Positions 18,842 through 27,404 of a DNA stretch of 43,463 bases are shown here, piece by piece. Each line of letters starts with the position of its first letter. Position 1 is the stretch's first letter. The notes under the pieces are model-generated. The model had not been told where the DNA came from, searched no databases, and saw nothing but the letters and a program-made list of their open reading frames with translations. This DNA is from a virus (taxonomy: Duplodnaviria > Caudoviricetes). The DNA lies in IMG/VR virus record IMGVR_UViG_3300020045_002735, positions 1 to 43,463 of that record; one strand, 5' to 3'. The translations under genes and the position numbers were made by a program.

Positions 18842-21800
18842 AAAATATGAAACTCTTAGTAGCTATCGCAATGCTTTTTTATTGCGGGTCTGTATTTTCC
18901 CAAATTTACACTCCAGTAGTACCTACGACTTGGGGTTTGAAAGTAAACAGGATACAATCTCTTTCAACTTCTCATATTCCAAGTGGAGGAACAAACACAT
19001 TAAACGGAGGAAGCGTAGACCCTGGAGGTTTGTTTTTTAATACTGGAGATAATTACTTCTATGCTTGGAACGGAACTACATTTGATAAGTATGCAAAATT
19101 TTCAGATGTATCTGGAGGTATGACTAATCCAATGACTACTTTGGGAGATATAATTTATATGAACGCAACTCCAGTTCCTGCAAGATTAGCTGGAAATACA
19201 ACTACCGCAAAGAAGATGTTATCGCAAACTGGTAACGGCTCTATAAGCGCATCTCCTTCATGGGAAGTTTTAGTAGCTGGAGATATTCCAGACATATCGG
19301 CAACTTATTTAACAGTAGCTACGGCAGCAACATTGTATCAGCCATTAGATGCAGATTTAACTGCAATATCAGCATTGTCTGGAACGAACACTATTTATTA
19401 CCGTTCAGCATCTAATACATGGACAGCGGTAACAATAGGAACTGGAATGTCTTTTTCTGGAGGAACATTAAGTTCAACGATAACTGGAACAGTAACTAGT
19501 GTAACAGGAACTACAAACAGAATAACATCTAGTGGTGGCGCAACACCTGTTATAGATATTGCAGCTACTTATGTTGGTCAAACATCTATAATAACTTTGG
19601 GAACGGTATCCACTGGTGTTTGGAACGGAACAACTATTGCTATTGCAAACGGAGGTTCTGGACAGACAACAGCAAATGATGCACTTAATGCTTTTTTACC
19701 TACACAAGCAACTCACTCTGGAAAGTTTTTACAAACCGATGGCTCAAATACTTCTTGGGCTTCTGTATCTGGTTCTGGTACTGTTAACGGTGGAACTATA
19801 TATCAATTAGCTTATTATAGCGCAACAGGAACTGCCGTATCTGGATTAACCGCTATAACGGCTTCAAGAGCACTGGTATCAGATGCCAACGGATTGCCAG
19901 TAGCATCTACGGTTACAACAACTCAGTTAAGCTATGTTGATGCAACATCTTCTATACAAACTCAATTAAATGCAAGGCTTACTGCCGAAGTTGATGGTAG
20001 TGTTACTAACGAACTTCAAACGTACCAACAGGTAATGACAACTGGTAGTACATTAACTGGAAATAATACTATAGCTGGCGGTGGATTTACTTATGCTTTT
20101 ACAAATGGCAGGTTTACAACTCCGATGGGAGCAACTGTAGCTGCTGCAAATAATCTTACTTTAGGAACAGACGGAAATTTGTTTACTATTTCTGGTAACA
20201 CTACTATAAATGCAATTACTTCTGCAAGTTGGCAAGCTGGTTCAGAATTAAGATTATACTTTACTGGCACACCATTATTAAAAAATAATACTGCTGGTGG
20301 TGGTGGAACAGCTAAGATGAGATTATCTGGTAATGTTGATTATACTGTAGCTGCTGGAGATATTATTACATTTGTTTATGATGGTTCAGAATTTAAAGAA
20401 TCTGCAAGAATGTTATACGCTGTTGCTTCTGGTACAACTCCTTTAAGTTCTATAACAGCCGCAACTGCATCTAATGTAATAAGTAATGCTGCTTATCAAC
20501 AAACTTGGGATTGGAATAGTTTAGCCTCAGGAATAGGATTAAGGTTGTTATCTACATCTACATCTGCATCTGCTGGAAGCCAAACAATATTAAGCATTGA
20601 GCAATCTGGAGCAAACGTATCTTCTGGACAAGCTACCTATGCTCAAACCATTATTCATACAAAAACTGGAACTACTTCTGAAAACGTTGGAACTTGGTAT
20701 AGTGTTAGTGGTGGAGCATCAAGAAACGATGCAATAGAAATTGCTTCAGGAAGGTTTTATATGAGAAACACTACCGAACAAACAAGAATAGGTTATGATG
20801 CAAGTAATTATTATACGACAACAGTTAACAGTACTGGTAGTCCTACATTTAATGCTGTAGGCACTTCGCCAGAATTTACTTTTAGCGATGCTGTTAACGT
20901 TCCAGATTTTGCTTATGATGCTACTTCTTGGAATGGTAATACTGAAGTTCCCACAATGAACGCCATAAGAGATAAAATTGAAAGTATGGGTAGTGGAAGT
21001 GGTACTGTAACCAGTGTCGCTTGGACAACTTCTCAAGGAGTCAGCGCCTCGATTGCAACAGCTACAACTACCCCAAATATAACGATTACTTTAGGTGCCT
21101 TGACAGGAGTAACAAGTTTTAATGGATTGGTAATTACGGCTAATACTGGAGTAGTAACAACAGGAACTTGGAACGCATCTATTATTGGTAAGGCTTATGG
21201 AGGTACTGCAGAAGATAATAGCACTGGAGGCACGGCTAATACTTTTTGGGCAAGGCCAAATGGAGCAACTGGAGCAGCTACATATAGGGCGATAGTTGCG
21301 GCAGATATTCCTACTTTAAATCAATCGACAACTGGTAGTGCAGCCACTTTAACTACTACCAGAACTATATGGGGTCAAAACTTTAATGGCTCTGCCAATG
21401 TAACTGGAGACATAACGTTAAGCACTTCAAGTATAACAATGACTGGTAGTATAGCGGCTACTGGGGCAAGAGTTACGAAAGGTTGGTTTACTGATGTAGA
21501 GTCAACTAATATGTACACCGTTGGAGGTACTTCATTAACTACTGTTGCACAAACATTTCAGAATAAAACTTTAACCAGTTCTAATAATGTTATTGGTGGA
21601 GTTACAATGACTTTAGGCAGTGACGCTTCTTGGGATATATATGTAAGAAATGCTTCTGGAATATTAGAAAGGCTTGCCAATGGAACGTCAGGACAATTTC
21701 TTGGAGCAAATACTTCTGCTAAACCAAGCTGGCAAACACCGAGTGGAGGTACGGTAACTGGTGGAGCAGATGGTTTAAGTTTGAGTGGTGGAAATATTAT

Positions 21801-22617
21801 AATGGGAGGTTCTGCCTTTACGGCTAATAGGAGTATAACAACAAGTATATATTCTTTAACTGTTCCAAGTAGTAACGGAACAACTACAATGGCAATATCA
21901 AATTCAAGTTCTGGTTCAGGCTCAAATATTTCCTCTAATTCTGGTGTTGGTGCAAATATTTCTTCAACTTCTGGAATAGGTTTAACGGTAACAACAGGAA
22001 CTGGTTCATATTCATTAAAAACTGTTTATACAGGAGTGGCTACAAGCACTCCAGAAACTATTGCAATGTTTACGGCAAATTCAAGCAATACTCCTGCTTC
22101 CGGATATGGAGGATTGATAAACTATAACTTAAAATCAAGCACAACAATAGAACAACCTGCTGCAATGTTTGGATGGAGTTGGGCAACCGCTACGCATGGT
22201 TCAACTGTTGCCACAATAAAATTAGGTGCAGTATATAATGCTTCTATGAATGTCATGTGGATAGCTACGCCTACTTCAAGTTCTGGTGCTCAACAAAGTT
22301 TCTTAGGCCAAATAGGCACTGGACAATTCGCTCTTACAGATGCGGCTACCATAGCAATAGATTTCAATAATGGGCTAACTCAAAAAGTCACTTTAGGCGG
22401 TAACAGAACAATAACTTTTTCAAACCCGGTTGCTGGCAATAAGTACCTTATACATTTAAAGCAAGATGGTACTGGTTCGAGAACAATTACTTGGCCTACT
22501 ATAAAGTGGCAAGGCGGCACTACACCAACTCTTACGACTACCGCAAGTAAAAGCGATTTGATATTTATTACTTATGACGGTACTGATTACTTTGGTGAAT
22601 ATTCTTTAAACTTTTAA
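18838..22617 (+). CDS. Long S/T/G-rich tail-fibre-like protein with N-terminal Sec signal peptide
   Basis: MKNMKLLVAIAMLFYCGSVFS|Q; fibre motifs GTVTSV, G.WN...I....GG, QPLDADLTAI; C-terminal TLGGNRTITFSNP...QDGTGSRTITWP..KW.GG..PTLTT domain. Confidence 0.8.
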   Translation: MKNMKLLVAIAMLFYCGSVFSQIYTPVVPTTWGLKVNRIQSLSTSHIPSGGTNTLNGGSVDPGGLFFNTGDNYFYAWNGTTFDKYAKFSDVSGGMTNPMTTLGDIIYMNATPVPARLAGNTTTAKKMLSQTGNGSISASPSWEVLVAGDIPDISATYLTVATAATLYQPLDADLTAISALSGTNTIYYRSASNTWTAVTIGTGMSFSGGTLSSTITGTVTSVTGTTNRITSSGGATPVIDIAATYVGQTSIITLGTVSTGVWNGTTIAIANGGSGQTTANDALNAFLPTQATHSGKFLQTDGSNTSWASVSGSGTVNGGTIYQLAYYSATGTAVSGLTAITASRALVSDANGLPVASTVTTTQLSYVDATSSIQTQLNARLTAEVDGSVTNELQTYQQVMTTGSTLTGNNTIAGGGFTYAFTNGRFTTPMGATVAAANNLTLGTDGNLFTISGNTTINAITSASWQAGSELRLYFTGTPLLKNNTAGGGGTAKMRLSGNVDYTVAAGDIITFVYDGSEFKESARMLYAVASGTTPLSSITAATASNVISNAAYQQTWDWNSLASGIGLRLLSTSTSASAGSQTILSIEQSGANVSSGQATYAQTIIHTKTGTTSENVGTWYSVSGGASRNDAIEIASGRFYMRNTTEQTRIGYDASNYYTTTVNSTGSPTFNAVGTSPEFTFSDAVNVPDFAYDATSWNGNTEVPTMNAIRDKIESMGSGSGTVTSVAWTTSQGVSASIATATTTPNITITLGALTGVTSFNGLVITANTGVVTTGTWNASIIGKAYGGTAEDNSTGGTANTFWARPNGATGAATYRAIVAADIPTLNQSTTGSAATLTTTRTIWGQNFNGSANVTGDITLSTSSITMTGSIAATGARVTKGWFTDVESTNMYTVGGTSLTTVAQTFQNKTLTSSNNVIGGVTMTLGSDASWDIYVRNASGILERLANGTSGQFLGANTSAKPSWQTPSGGTVTGGADGLSLSGGNIIMGGSAFTANRSITTSIYSLTVPSSNGTTTMAISNSSSGSGSNISSNSGVGANISSTSGIGLTVTTGTGSYSLKTVYTGVATSTPETIAMFTANSSNTPASGYGGLINYNLKSSTTIEQPAAMFGWSWATATHGSTVATIKLGAVYNASMNVMWIATPTSSSGAQQSFLGQIGTGQFALTDAATIAIDFNNGLTQKVTLGGNRTITFSNPVAGNKYLIHLKQDGTGSRTITWPTIKWQGGTTPTLTTTASKSDLIFITYDGTDYFGEYSLNF

Positions 22618-22619
22618 CC

Positions 22620-22706
22620 ATGCCAATTATATTTTATAACATAGCAAAAAGAATGAGGATAGGTAAGAAATTAATTTACGTCCGCAAAAAATCTAAAAAG
22701 AAATGA
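22620..22706 (+). CDS. Tiny basic ORF, 28 aa (MPIIFYNIAKRMRIGKKLIYVRKKSKKK)
   Basis: Fills the gap exactly; ATGA overlap with the 22703 start. Confidence 0.4.
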   Translation: MPIIFYNIAKRMRIGKKLIYVRKKSKKK

Positions 22707-23527
22707 AATTAATAGCAACCATATTTTTATCTCTTTTATTATTTTCTTTTGAGGATAAAAAAGAAATAAAAGATATTCAGTACAGAAGTTTCTATTCCGA
22801 AATGAAGGCTCTTGAAAAACCGCCAAAGGTTACGGCTTTTTCAACTGTTCAAACAGCATCTAATCAAGCTAATTCTGCAAATACTTGTTCTGTAACAATA
22901 TCTTCATCAGGTGCTAATAATTTAATAGTAGTATCTGTTTTATTATTAGCCGCAAATAGTATAACGAGTATAACTGATAATGTTGGACATACTTACGTTT
23001 TAGGTTCTACTTATGCTGTCGCAACTTTTTTTACTACTGCACATGGTTACGGATTTCAAACAACAGGAGGGACTACAAGTGTCACTGTTACAGTTAGTGG
23101 TAATACAGACATTTGTGTTATAGTGGACGAATATTCTGGTTTTACCGGGACACCAACAAATGCAGAATGTTATGATACTGGAAATGCAGGGACAACTAAT
23201 ACTGCCGGTGTATCAATTCAAACTCCGGGTTTTTCTCCAATTAATACTGGTTGTTTAATTGTTACTTCTGGATATGAACTTGGAGTAGCTCCTAATTTAT
23301 CCGCAAGCAGCGGCTTTACTCATTTAGGCACCGGTTCTTATTATGGAACTCCTTACTTTAGTTCATATTATAAGTTATCAGGAACTATGAGTGAAGATGG
23401 TAAAATATTAAATCCTGATGCCTATACAGGATATTCTTATGTTTTTGCAAAATCATTTAAACAAGAAAACGCAACTCCGCCACCTTCTGCCGGAAAAGCA
23501 ATTCGTTCATCATCTTTTAAACCTTAA
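22703..23527 (+). CDS. Fibre-associated beta-sandwich protein with hydrophobic signal-like N-terminus
   Basis: MKLIATIFLSLLLFS; GANNLIVVSV...ITSITDNVGHTY pattern common next to phage fibres. Confidence 0.65.
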   Translation: MKLIATIFLSLLLFSFEDKKEIKDIQYRSFYSEMKALEKPPKVTAFSTVQTASNQANSANTCSVTISSSGANNLIVVSVLLLAANSITSITDNVGHTYVLGSTYAVATFFTTAHGYGFQTTGGTTSVTVTVSGNTDICVIVDEYSGFTGTPTNAECYDTGNAGTTNTAGVSIQTPGFSPINTGCLIVTSGYELGVAPNLSASSGFTHLGTGSYYGTPYFSSYYKLSGTMSEDGKILNPDAYTGYSYVFAKSFKQENATPPPSAGKAIRSSSFKP

Positions 23528-23531
23528 TAAA

Positions 23532-24179
23532 ATGAAAAAATTATTTTTATTACCTTTTTTGTTATTGTCTTTAGCTTCTTACGGTCAGCCTAAAAATTGG
23601 GTTATTACAACAGAAAGCGATACTATATTTTTAATATCTCCAAGTGACGATACTTTAAAGAGGTATAAACCACTAATTTTTCCCGGTGCTACTATGAAAT
23701 GGCTTACTGAAAAAGCTGCAGATAGCATATCAAAAAATATTGATAAACAACACACAAAAATAATAACTGGTAATGTTGTTAATTCTGCAAACAATACTCT
23801 TGCAGATATTACAAATTTATCTTTTGATGTTAGTGCCGATACTTTATACAGTTTTAAATTTTTCATAGTATATAATTCAGCGGCAACAACAACCGGCAGC
23901 CGCTGGACTATAAATGGGCCTGCTAATACATTTTTACATTATACAAGCCAGTACACTTTAACAGCAACATCTTTTACTTTTAATACTTGTTCTGCATATA
24001 ATTTTCCATCTGCAGCCAATGCAAGTTCTTTAACTTCAAATAATATTGCTATAATAGAAGGAATAATAAAACCAAGTGCATCTGGGACGGTAATAGCAAG
24101 GTTTGCAAGTGAGGTGAACAGCAGCGCAATAACAGTACAGGCTGATAAGAGTTTTGTACAATTCAAAGTAATTAATTAA
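23532..24179 (+). CDS. Exported protein with fibre-head (C1q/BclA-like) C-terminal domain; start moved to ATG 23532
   Basis: MKKLFLLPFLLLSLASYG|Q; LADITNLSF.V.A...YSFKF and GTVIARFASEV patterns. Confidence 0.7.
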   Translation: MKKLFLLPFLLLSLASYGQPKNWVITTESDTIFLISPSDDTLKRYKPLIFPGATMKWLTEKAADSISKNIDKQHTKIITGNVVNSANNTLADITNLSFDVSADTLYSFKFFIVYNSAATTTGSRWTINGPANTFLHYTSQYTLTATSFTFNTCSAYNFPSAANASSLTSNNIAIIEGIIKPSASGTVIARFASEVNSSAITVQADKSFVQFKVIN

Positions 24180-24200
24180 ATCACAATAAAAACAAACAAG

Positions 24201-24578
24201 ATGAAAAAAATCCCGGTAATTATCAGTGCATTATTTCTGTTTTCGTGCAGCCAAAGTAAAACAGAGTTGAAATCAGGTTTTAAGGACCTTTATGCAATAA
24301 TTCTTCAAAAAGATAGCACAAGAACTTTTGGTGTTGTTGGAGAAGAGATTGTTATTGATGACAGTACATCTGCAAAAAGAAACAAATTGACTTACAAAAC
24401 AATGTACGGAGTAAGAACATTTAGTTACAAACTTGACAGCCTGGGTAAGCAAATTAGAGATTCTTTAGGAAATCCAATTCTTAATCCACAGCCTATTTAC
24501 ACAATAATTTCTAAAGATTCAATTCTTATATTAAGCCACACTTCAGTTGACAGCTTACTTAAAAAAGGAAAGTTTTAA
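24201..24578 (+). CDS. Lipoprotein (125 aa)
   Basis: MKKIPVIISALFLFS-C lipobox. Confidence 0.75.
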   Translation: MKKIPVIISALFLFSCSQSKTELKSGFKDLYAIILQKDSTRTFGVVGEEIVIDDSTSAKRNKLTYKTMYGVRTFSYKLDSLGKQIRDSLGNPILNPQPIYTIISKDSILILSHTSVDSLLKKGKF

Positions 24579-24603
24579 TTTTAAACTAATAAATTTTTAA
24601 TAG

Positions 24604-25149
24604 ATGTATCTTGGTAAACTATTTTGGGGACTTATGTTAATAGGTATAAATTTCATAATGTCTCCAAGGGCAACGACAATTAGCGTTTTATTCTGCTTAG
24701 TGTTTATTGACTTTATAACAGGTGTTATTAAGGCTAAAATAAATGGTACAGCAAGAACAAGCGAAGGCTTTAGAAGAACATTAAAGAAAATACCTGGATA
24801 CATAATAGTACCAGTAGTTCTTTGGCTTGGTGGTGTATATGCAAAAACTCATGTAGTAAGTACTGAAAGTATAGACATGATAAAAATGGCAAAAATTTTA
24901 CAAGATGCAAGTGGCTGGATTATGCTTTTCATTATGTATATAGAAGTAACAAGCATACTAGAAAACCTATCTGAAATTGATAAACACGGTTCACTTAACA
25001 AGTATTTTGTTAAACCACTTCTTATAATATTGAAAATAGGTATTGACAATAATCCTATGAAAAGACTTTCAGATAAAATAACAGTTGAAAAAGAAAGTAA
25101 AGACACTAAAACAACTGTAACAGTAGAAACTGAAGAAAAACCTAAATAG
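24604..25149 (+). CDS. Holin (Phage_holin_4_1/TcdE-like)
   Basis: Multiple hydrophobic helices; IDFITGVIKA, SEGFRRTLKK and EVTSILENL motifs; charged C-terminal tail. Confidence 0.85.
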   Translation: MYLGKLFWGLMLIGINFIMSPRATTISVLFCLVFIDFITGVIKAKINGTARTSEGFRRTLKKIPGYIIVPVVLWLGGVYAKTHVVSTESIDMIKMAKILQDASGWIMLFIMYIEVTSILENLSEIDKHGSLNKYFVKPLLIILKIGIDNNPMKRLSDKITVEKESKDTKTTVTVETEEKPK

Positions 25150-25176
25150 TATTTATTCACCTTTAAAAATAGAAAC

Positions 25177-25434
25177 ATGAAACAGTTCTTTTTGAATCTT
25201 GTATCTGGCGCTTTTGCTGATGCAGGAGAAACAAAGCTGGAAGAAGTATTACAGCAACTTCATGAAAAAGACCTTGATGGCTACAAAGCAGCTATCTATG
25301 GAGGTCTTGCATTGGTGAAAGCATTGAAACCTTTAACAGAGAAATCTGCTAATAAGATTGATGATGCTTTCATTAATGCAGTTTCAGATGCTCTTACTGA
25401 TTCTGCAAAAGCAAACGGCTTGGAATTGGCTTAA
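25177..25434 (+). CDS. Small lysis-region protein (85 aa)
   Basis: Amphipathic helices; S.NKIDD motif common in lysis cassettes. Confidence 0.6.
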   Translation: MKQFFLNLVSGAFADAGETKLEEVLQQLHEKDLDGYKAAIYGGLALVKALKPLTEKSANKIDDAFINAVSDALTDSAKANGLELA

Positions 25435-25439
25435 TCATT

Positions 25440-25474
25440 TAAGACCCCTGCAACGTCATTCGGCAGGGGTCTTA
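25440..25474 (+). terminator. Stable hairpin (terminator or processing site)
   Basis: TAAGACCCCTGC / GCAGGGGTCTTA perfect 12-bp stem, 11-nt loop, weak U-tract. Confidence 0.6.
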
Positions 25475-25488
25475 TTAAAACTTAAAAA

Positions 25489-26157
25489 ATGAAGGATTCT
25501 ACAAAAATATTAATATCTATTTCAGTTGCCGCTGCACTTTGGATTGGAGGCTGCTATCATGGGGAAAGCAGATGGACAGTTAAAAATGGTGGTTCTGATA
25601 CTGCAATTACCAAAAGAAAAATTGTCCATGTTGGTATCCCTATACCAGTAAGAGTTGTTGAAGATAGTATTGTTTATGTAAAAGAAAAAACAACTGATAG
25701 CTTTTATGTTGATGTACCTTTATCAGATACAGTTCGTATTCCATACACTGTTCCAGATTGGATGGTGAATATTCTTAACGACTATGGAAAAACAAGATAC
25801 TATGACACTTCCGTAATAAATGGAAAAGACACAGTCCGATTTTCAAATATTGTCAGACGAAACAAAATAGATTCTCAAAAGATAAATGCTGTTTTCTATG
25901 ACTCTGTAATTACTCACAAAAAAATTATTTATCCACCAAAGAAGACTGTAGTTTCATTCTTAATATCTGGAATGGGTAACTATTTATTAAACCGTTTCGG
26001 TGGTGGAGCTGGTTTACAATTAAAGACTCCTACCGATAAAACTTACAGCGTCCAAGTTAAGAAGGTACATAACTTACCTATTCTTTTTGAGGGAACTGTC
26101 GGAATACCAATTCGTCTAAAAATATTTCCTAATTTATTTAAAAAAGATTCTTTATGA
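25489..26157 (+). CDS. Putative spanin-like envelope protein
   Basis: N-terminal hydrophobic helix with possible lipobox IGG-C, extended V/D/T-rich stalk, C-terminal amphipathic strands; lies between holin and endolysin. Confidence 0.5.
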   Translation: MKDSTKILISISVAAALWIGGCYHGESRWTVKNGGSDTAITKRKIVHVGIPIPVRVVEDSIVYVKEKTTDSFYVDVPLSDTVRIPYTVPDWMVNILNDYGKTRYYDTSVINGKDTVRFSNIVRRNKIDSQKINAVFYDSVITHKKIIYPPKKTVVSFLISGMGNYLLNRFGGGAGLQLKTPTDKTYSVQVKKVHNLPILFEGTVGIPIRLKIFPNLFKKDSL

Positions 26158-26819
26158 ATGTATTAAAGTTTATAACTGGTAATATTCAGTTAGCAATTAC
26201 TCCTAAATCAACTATTGCATTACAAAACGAGAAATTGTTTTACTCTGCAATATTAAGGGTTGATAAAATAAAAGAGATTGATACCGTATTAAACAAGTTG
26301 ATGCCAAAGCAAGACTTATATGAAACGGTTGCAAAGAAAGTAAATAAAGATATGCCTTGGTGGTTTGTACTTATGGTACACGCTATGGAGGCAGGACACT
26401 TTGCAAATCCATTCAATTATCATCTTCATTGTGGAGACCCTTTAACATCAAGAACATTCCATGTTCCAAAAGGAAGACCTAAACACAATCCAAGATTTGG
26501 TGCATCTCCTCCAACAGTTAAAAATCCTTACAGTTGGGAAGAGTCGGCCTTGGATGCTTTAATGTTATTAAAGTATAATAGTGTAAAAGACTGGTCATTA
26601 GGAAACATACTTTGGTTGTTTGAAGAGTTCAATGGTCTTGGTTATCGTAAGTATCATAAAAGCGTTCCTACCCCGTATGTGTGGAGTTATACCAGCATTT
26701 ACTCTAAAGGTAAATATGTTGCTGATGGTAAGTTCGATAACAATGCAATCTCGAGACAACCGGGCTGTGCAGCTTTTCTTTTGAGGTTAAAGCAACTTGG
26801 AAGAGTTGGTATAGTTTAA
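26154..26819 (+). CDS. Endolysin, lysozyme family (COG5526-like)
   Basis: HAMEA, LHCGDPL, HVPKGRP, FNGLGYR, PTPYVWS and GKYVADGKFD motifs. Confidence 0.88.
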   Translation: MNVLKFITGNIQLAITPKSTIALQNEKLFYSAILRVDKIKEIDTVLNKLMPKQDLYETVAKKVNKDMPWWFVLMVHAMEAGHFANPFNYHLHCGDPLTSRTFHVPKGRPKHNPRFGASPPTVKNPYSWEESALDALMLLKYNSVKDWSLGNILWLFEEFNGLGYRKYHKSVPTPYVWSYTSIYSKGKYVADGKFDNNAISRQPGCAAFLLRLKQLGRVGIV

Positions 26820-26921
26820 CATTAGTTTAACAATGTTTGGCACGATACCCTGCTAAAAATCGTTTTAACAAAACGTTAACAACAAAAATTTGGTGTTATA
26901 ATATGGTATCGCTTACATTTG
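26816..26921 (+). promoter_or_regulatory. Early promoter with phased TTAAC boxes
   Basis: TTTG 26889-92, 21 nt, TACATTTG 26914-21; TTAAC pairs at 26816/26827 and 26865/26876. Confidence 0.75.
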
Positions 26922-26939
26922 CTATTCAATATTAAACCA

Positions 26940-27122
26940 ATGGAAAGCAAAACACCAGAAATGAGAAAGATTGAGAACCAGATAACAGCTATCGAGTCTG
27001 CAATCAAAAAACAAATTGAGTTTCCTAAACCAACAGTAAATTTATTTGCTTTGAATAATAAGTTAAAGACATTACGAAATACACTTGAAGGAATGAAAAA
27101 CTTTGAGTGGTTGGCAAAGTAA
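26940..27122 (+). CDS. Small coiled-coil protein (60 aa); start moved to ATG 26940
   Basis: The called TTG start lies inside the -7 promoter element. Confidence 0.65.
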   Translation: MESKTPEMRKIENQITAIESAIKKQIEFPKPTVNLFALNNKLKTLRNTLEGMKNFEWLAK

Positions 27123-27261
27123 GTTCAGGGGTCTGCAGATGGAATGAACACGGTTTCTTGTAAAGTTGCTATTTACCGTAAAAATAATCAACTGTTATCT
27201 CAAACGCCCCGTACTTGGATTGATTTCCGAGACGGGGATTTGAGTTACAAAAACAAATATT

Positions 27262-27384
27262 ATGAAACAGCAGTTTTGGAACGGATTTTATATGGCAGCA
27301 GGAGCAATACTGTTTCTGCTTGTCATGGCTTGTGCAACCGGTTTAGTTTACTACGTTGCAACAAATTTATCTTCTAATCCTTAA
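27262..27384 (+). CDS. Small membrane protein, 40 aa (MKQQFWNGFYMAAGAILFLLVMACATGLVYYVATNLSSNP)
   Basis: Hand translation; A-rich start; single hydrophobic helix. Confidence 0.6.
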   Translation: MKQQFWNGFYMAAGAILFLLVMACATGLVYYVATNLSSNP

Positions 27385-27404
27385 TAAATTAAAACCCGGA
27401 AATT

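Noticed and set aside
22340-22617. T9SS C-terminal domain or autotransporter barrel on the fibre
   Set aside because: The C-terminus is a typical phage fibre end domain; the terminal Phe alone is not enough
18838-24179. Diversity-generating retroelement or invertible fibre cassette
   Set aside because: No reverse transcriptase, invertase, template/variable repeat pair or flanking inverted repeats seen
27144-27377. 77-aa ORF from the track
   Set aside because: Runs through RNA hairpins; the 27262-27384 frame has a better start and a coherent product
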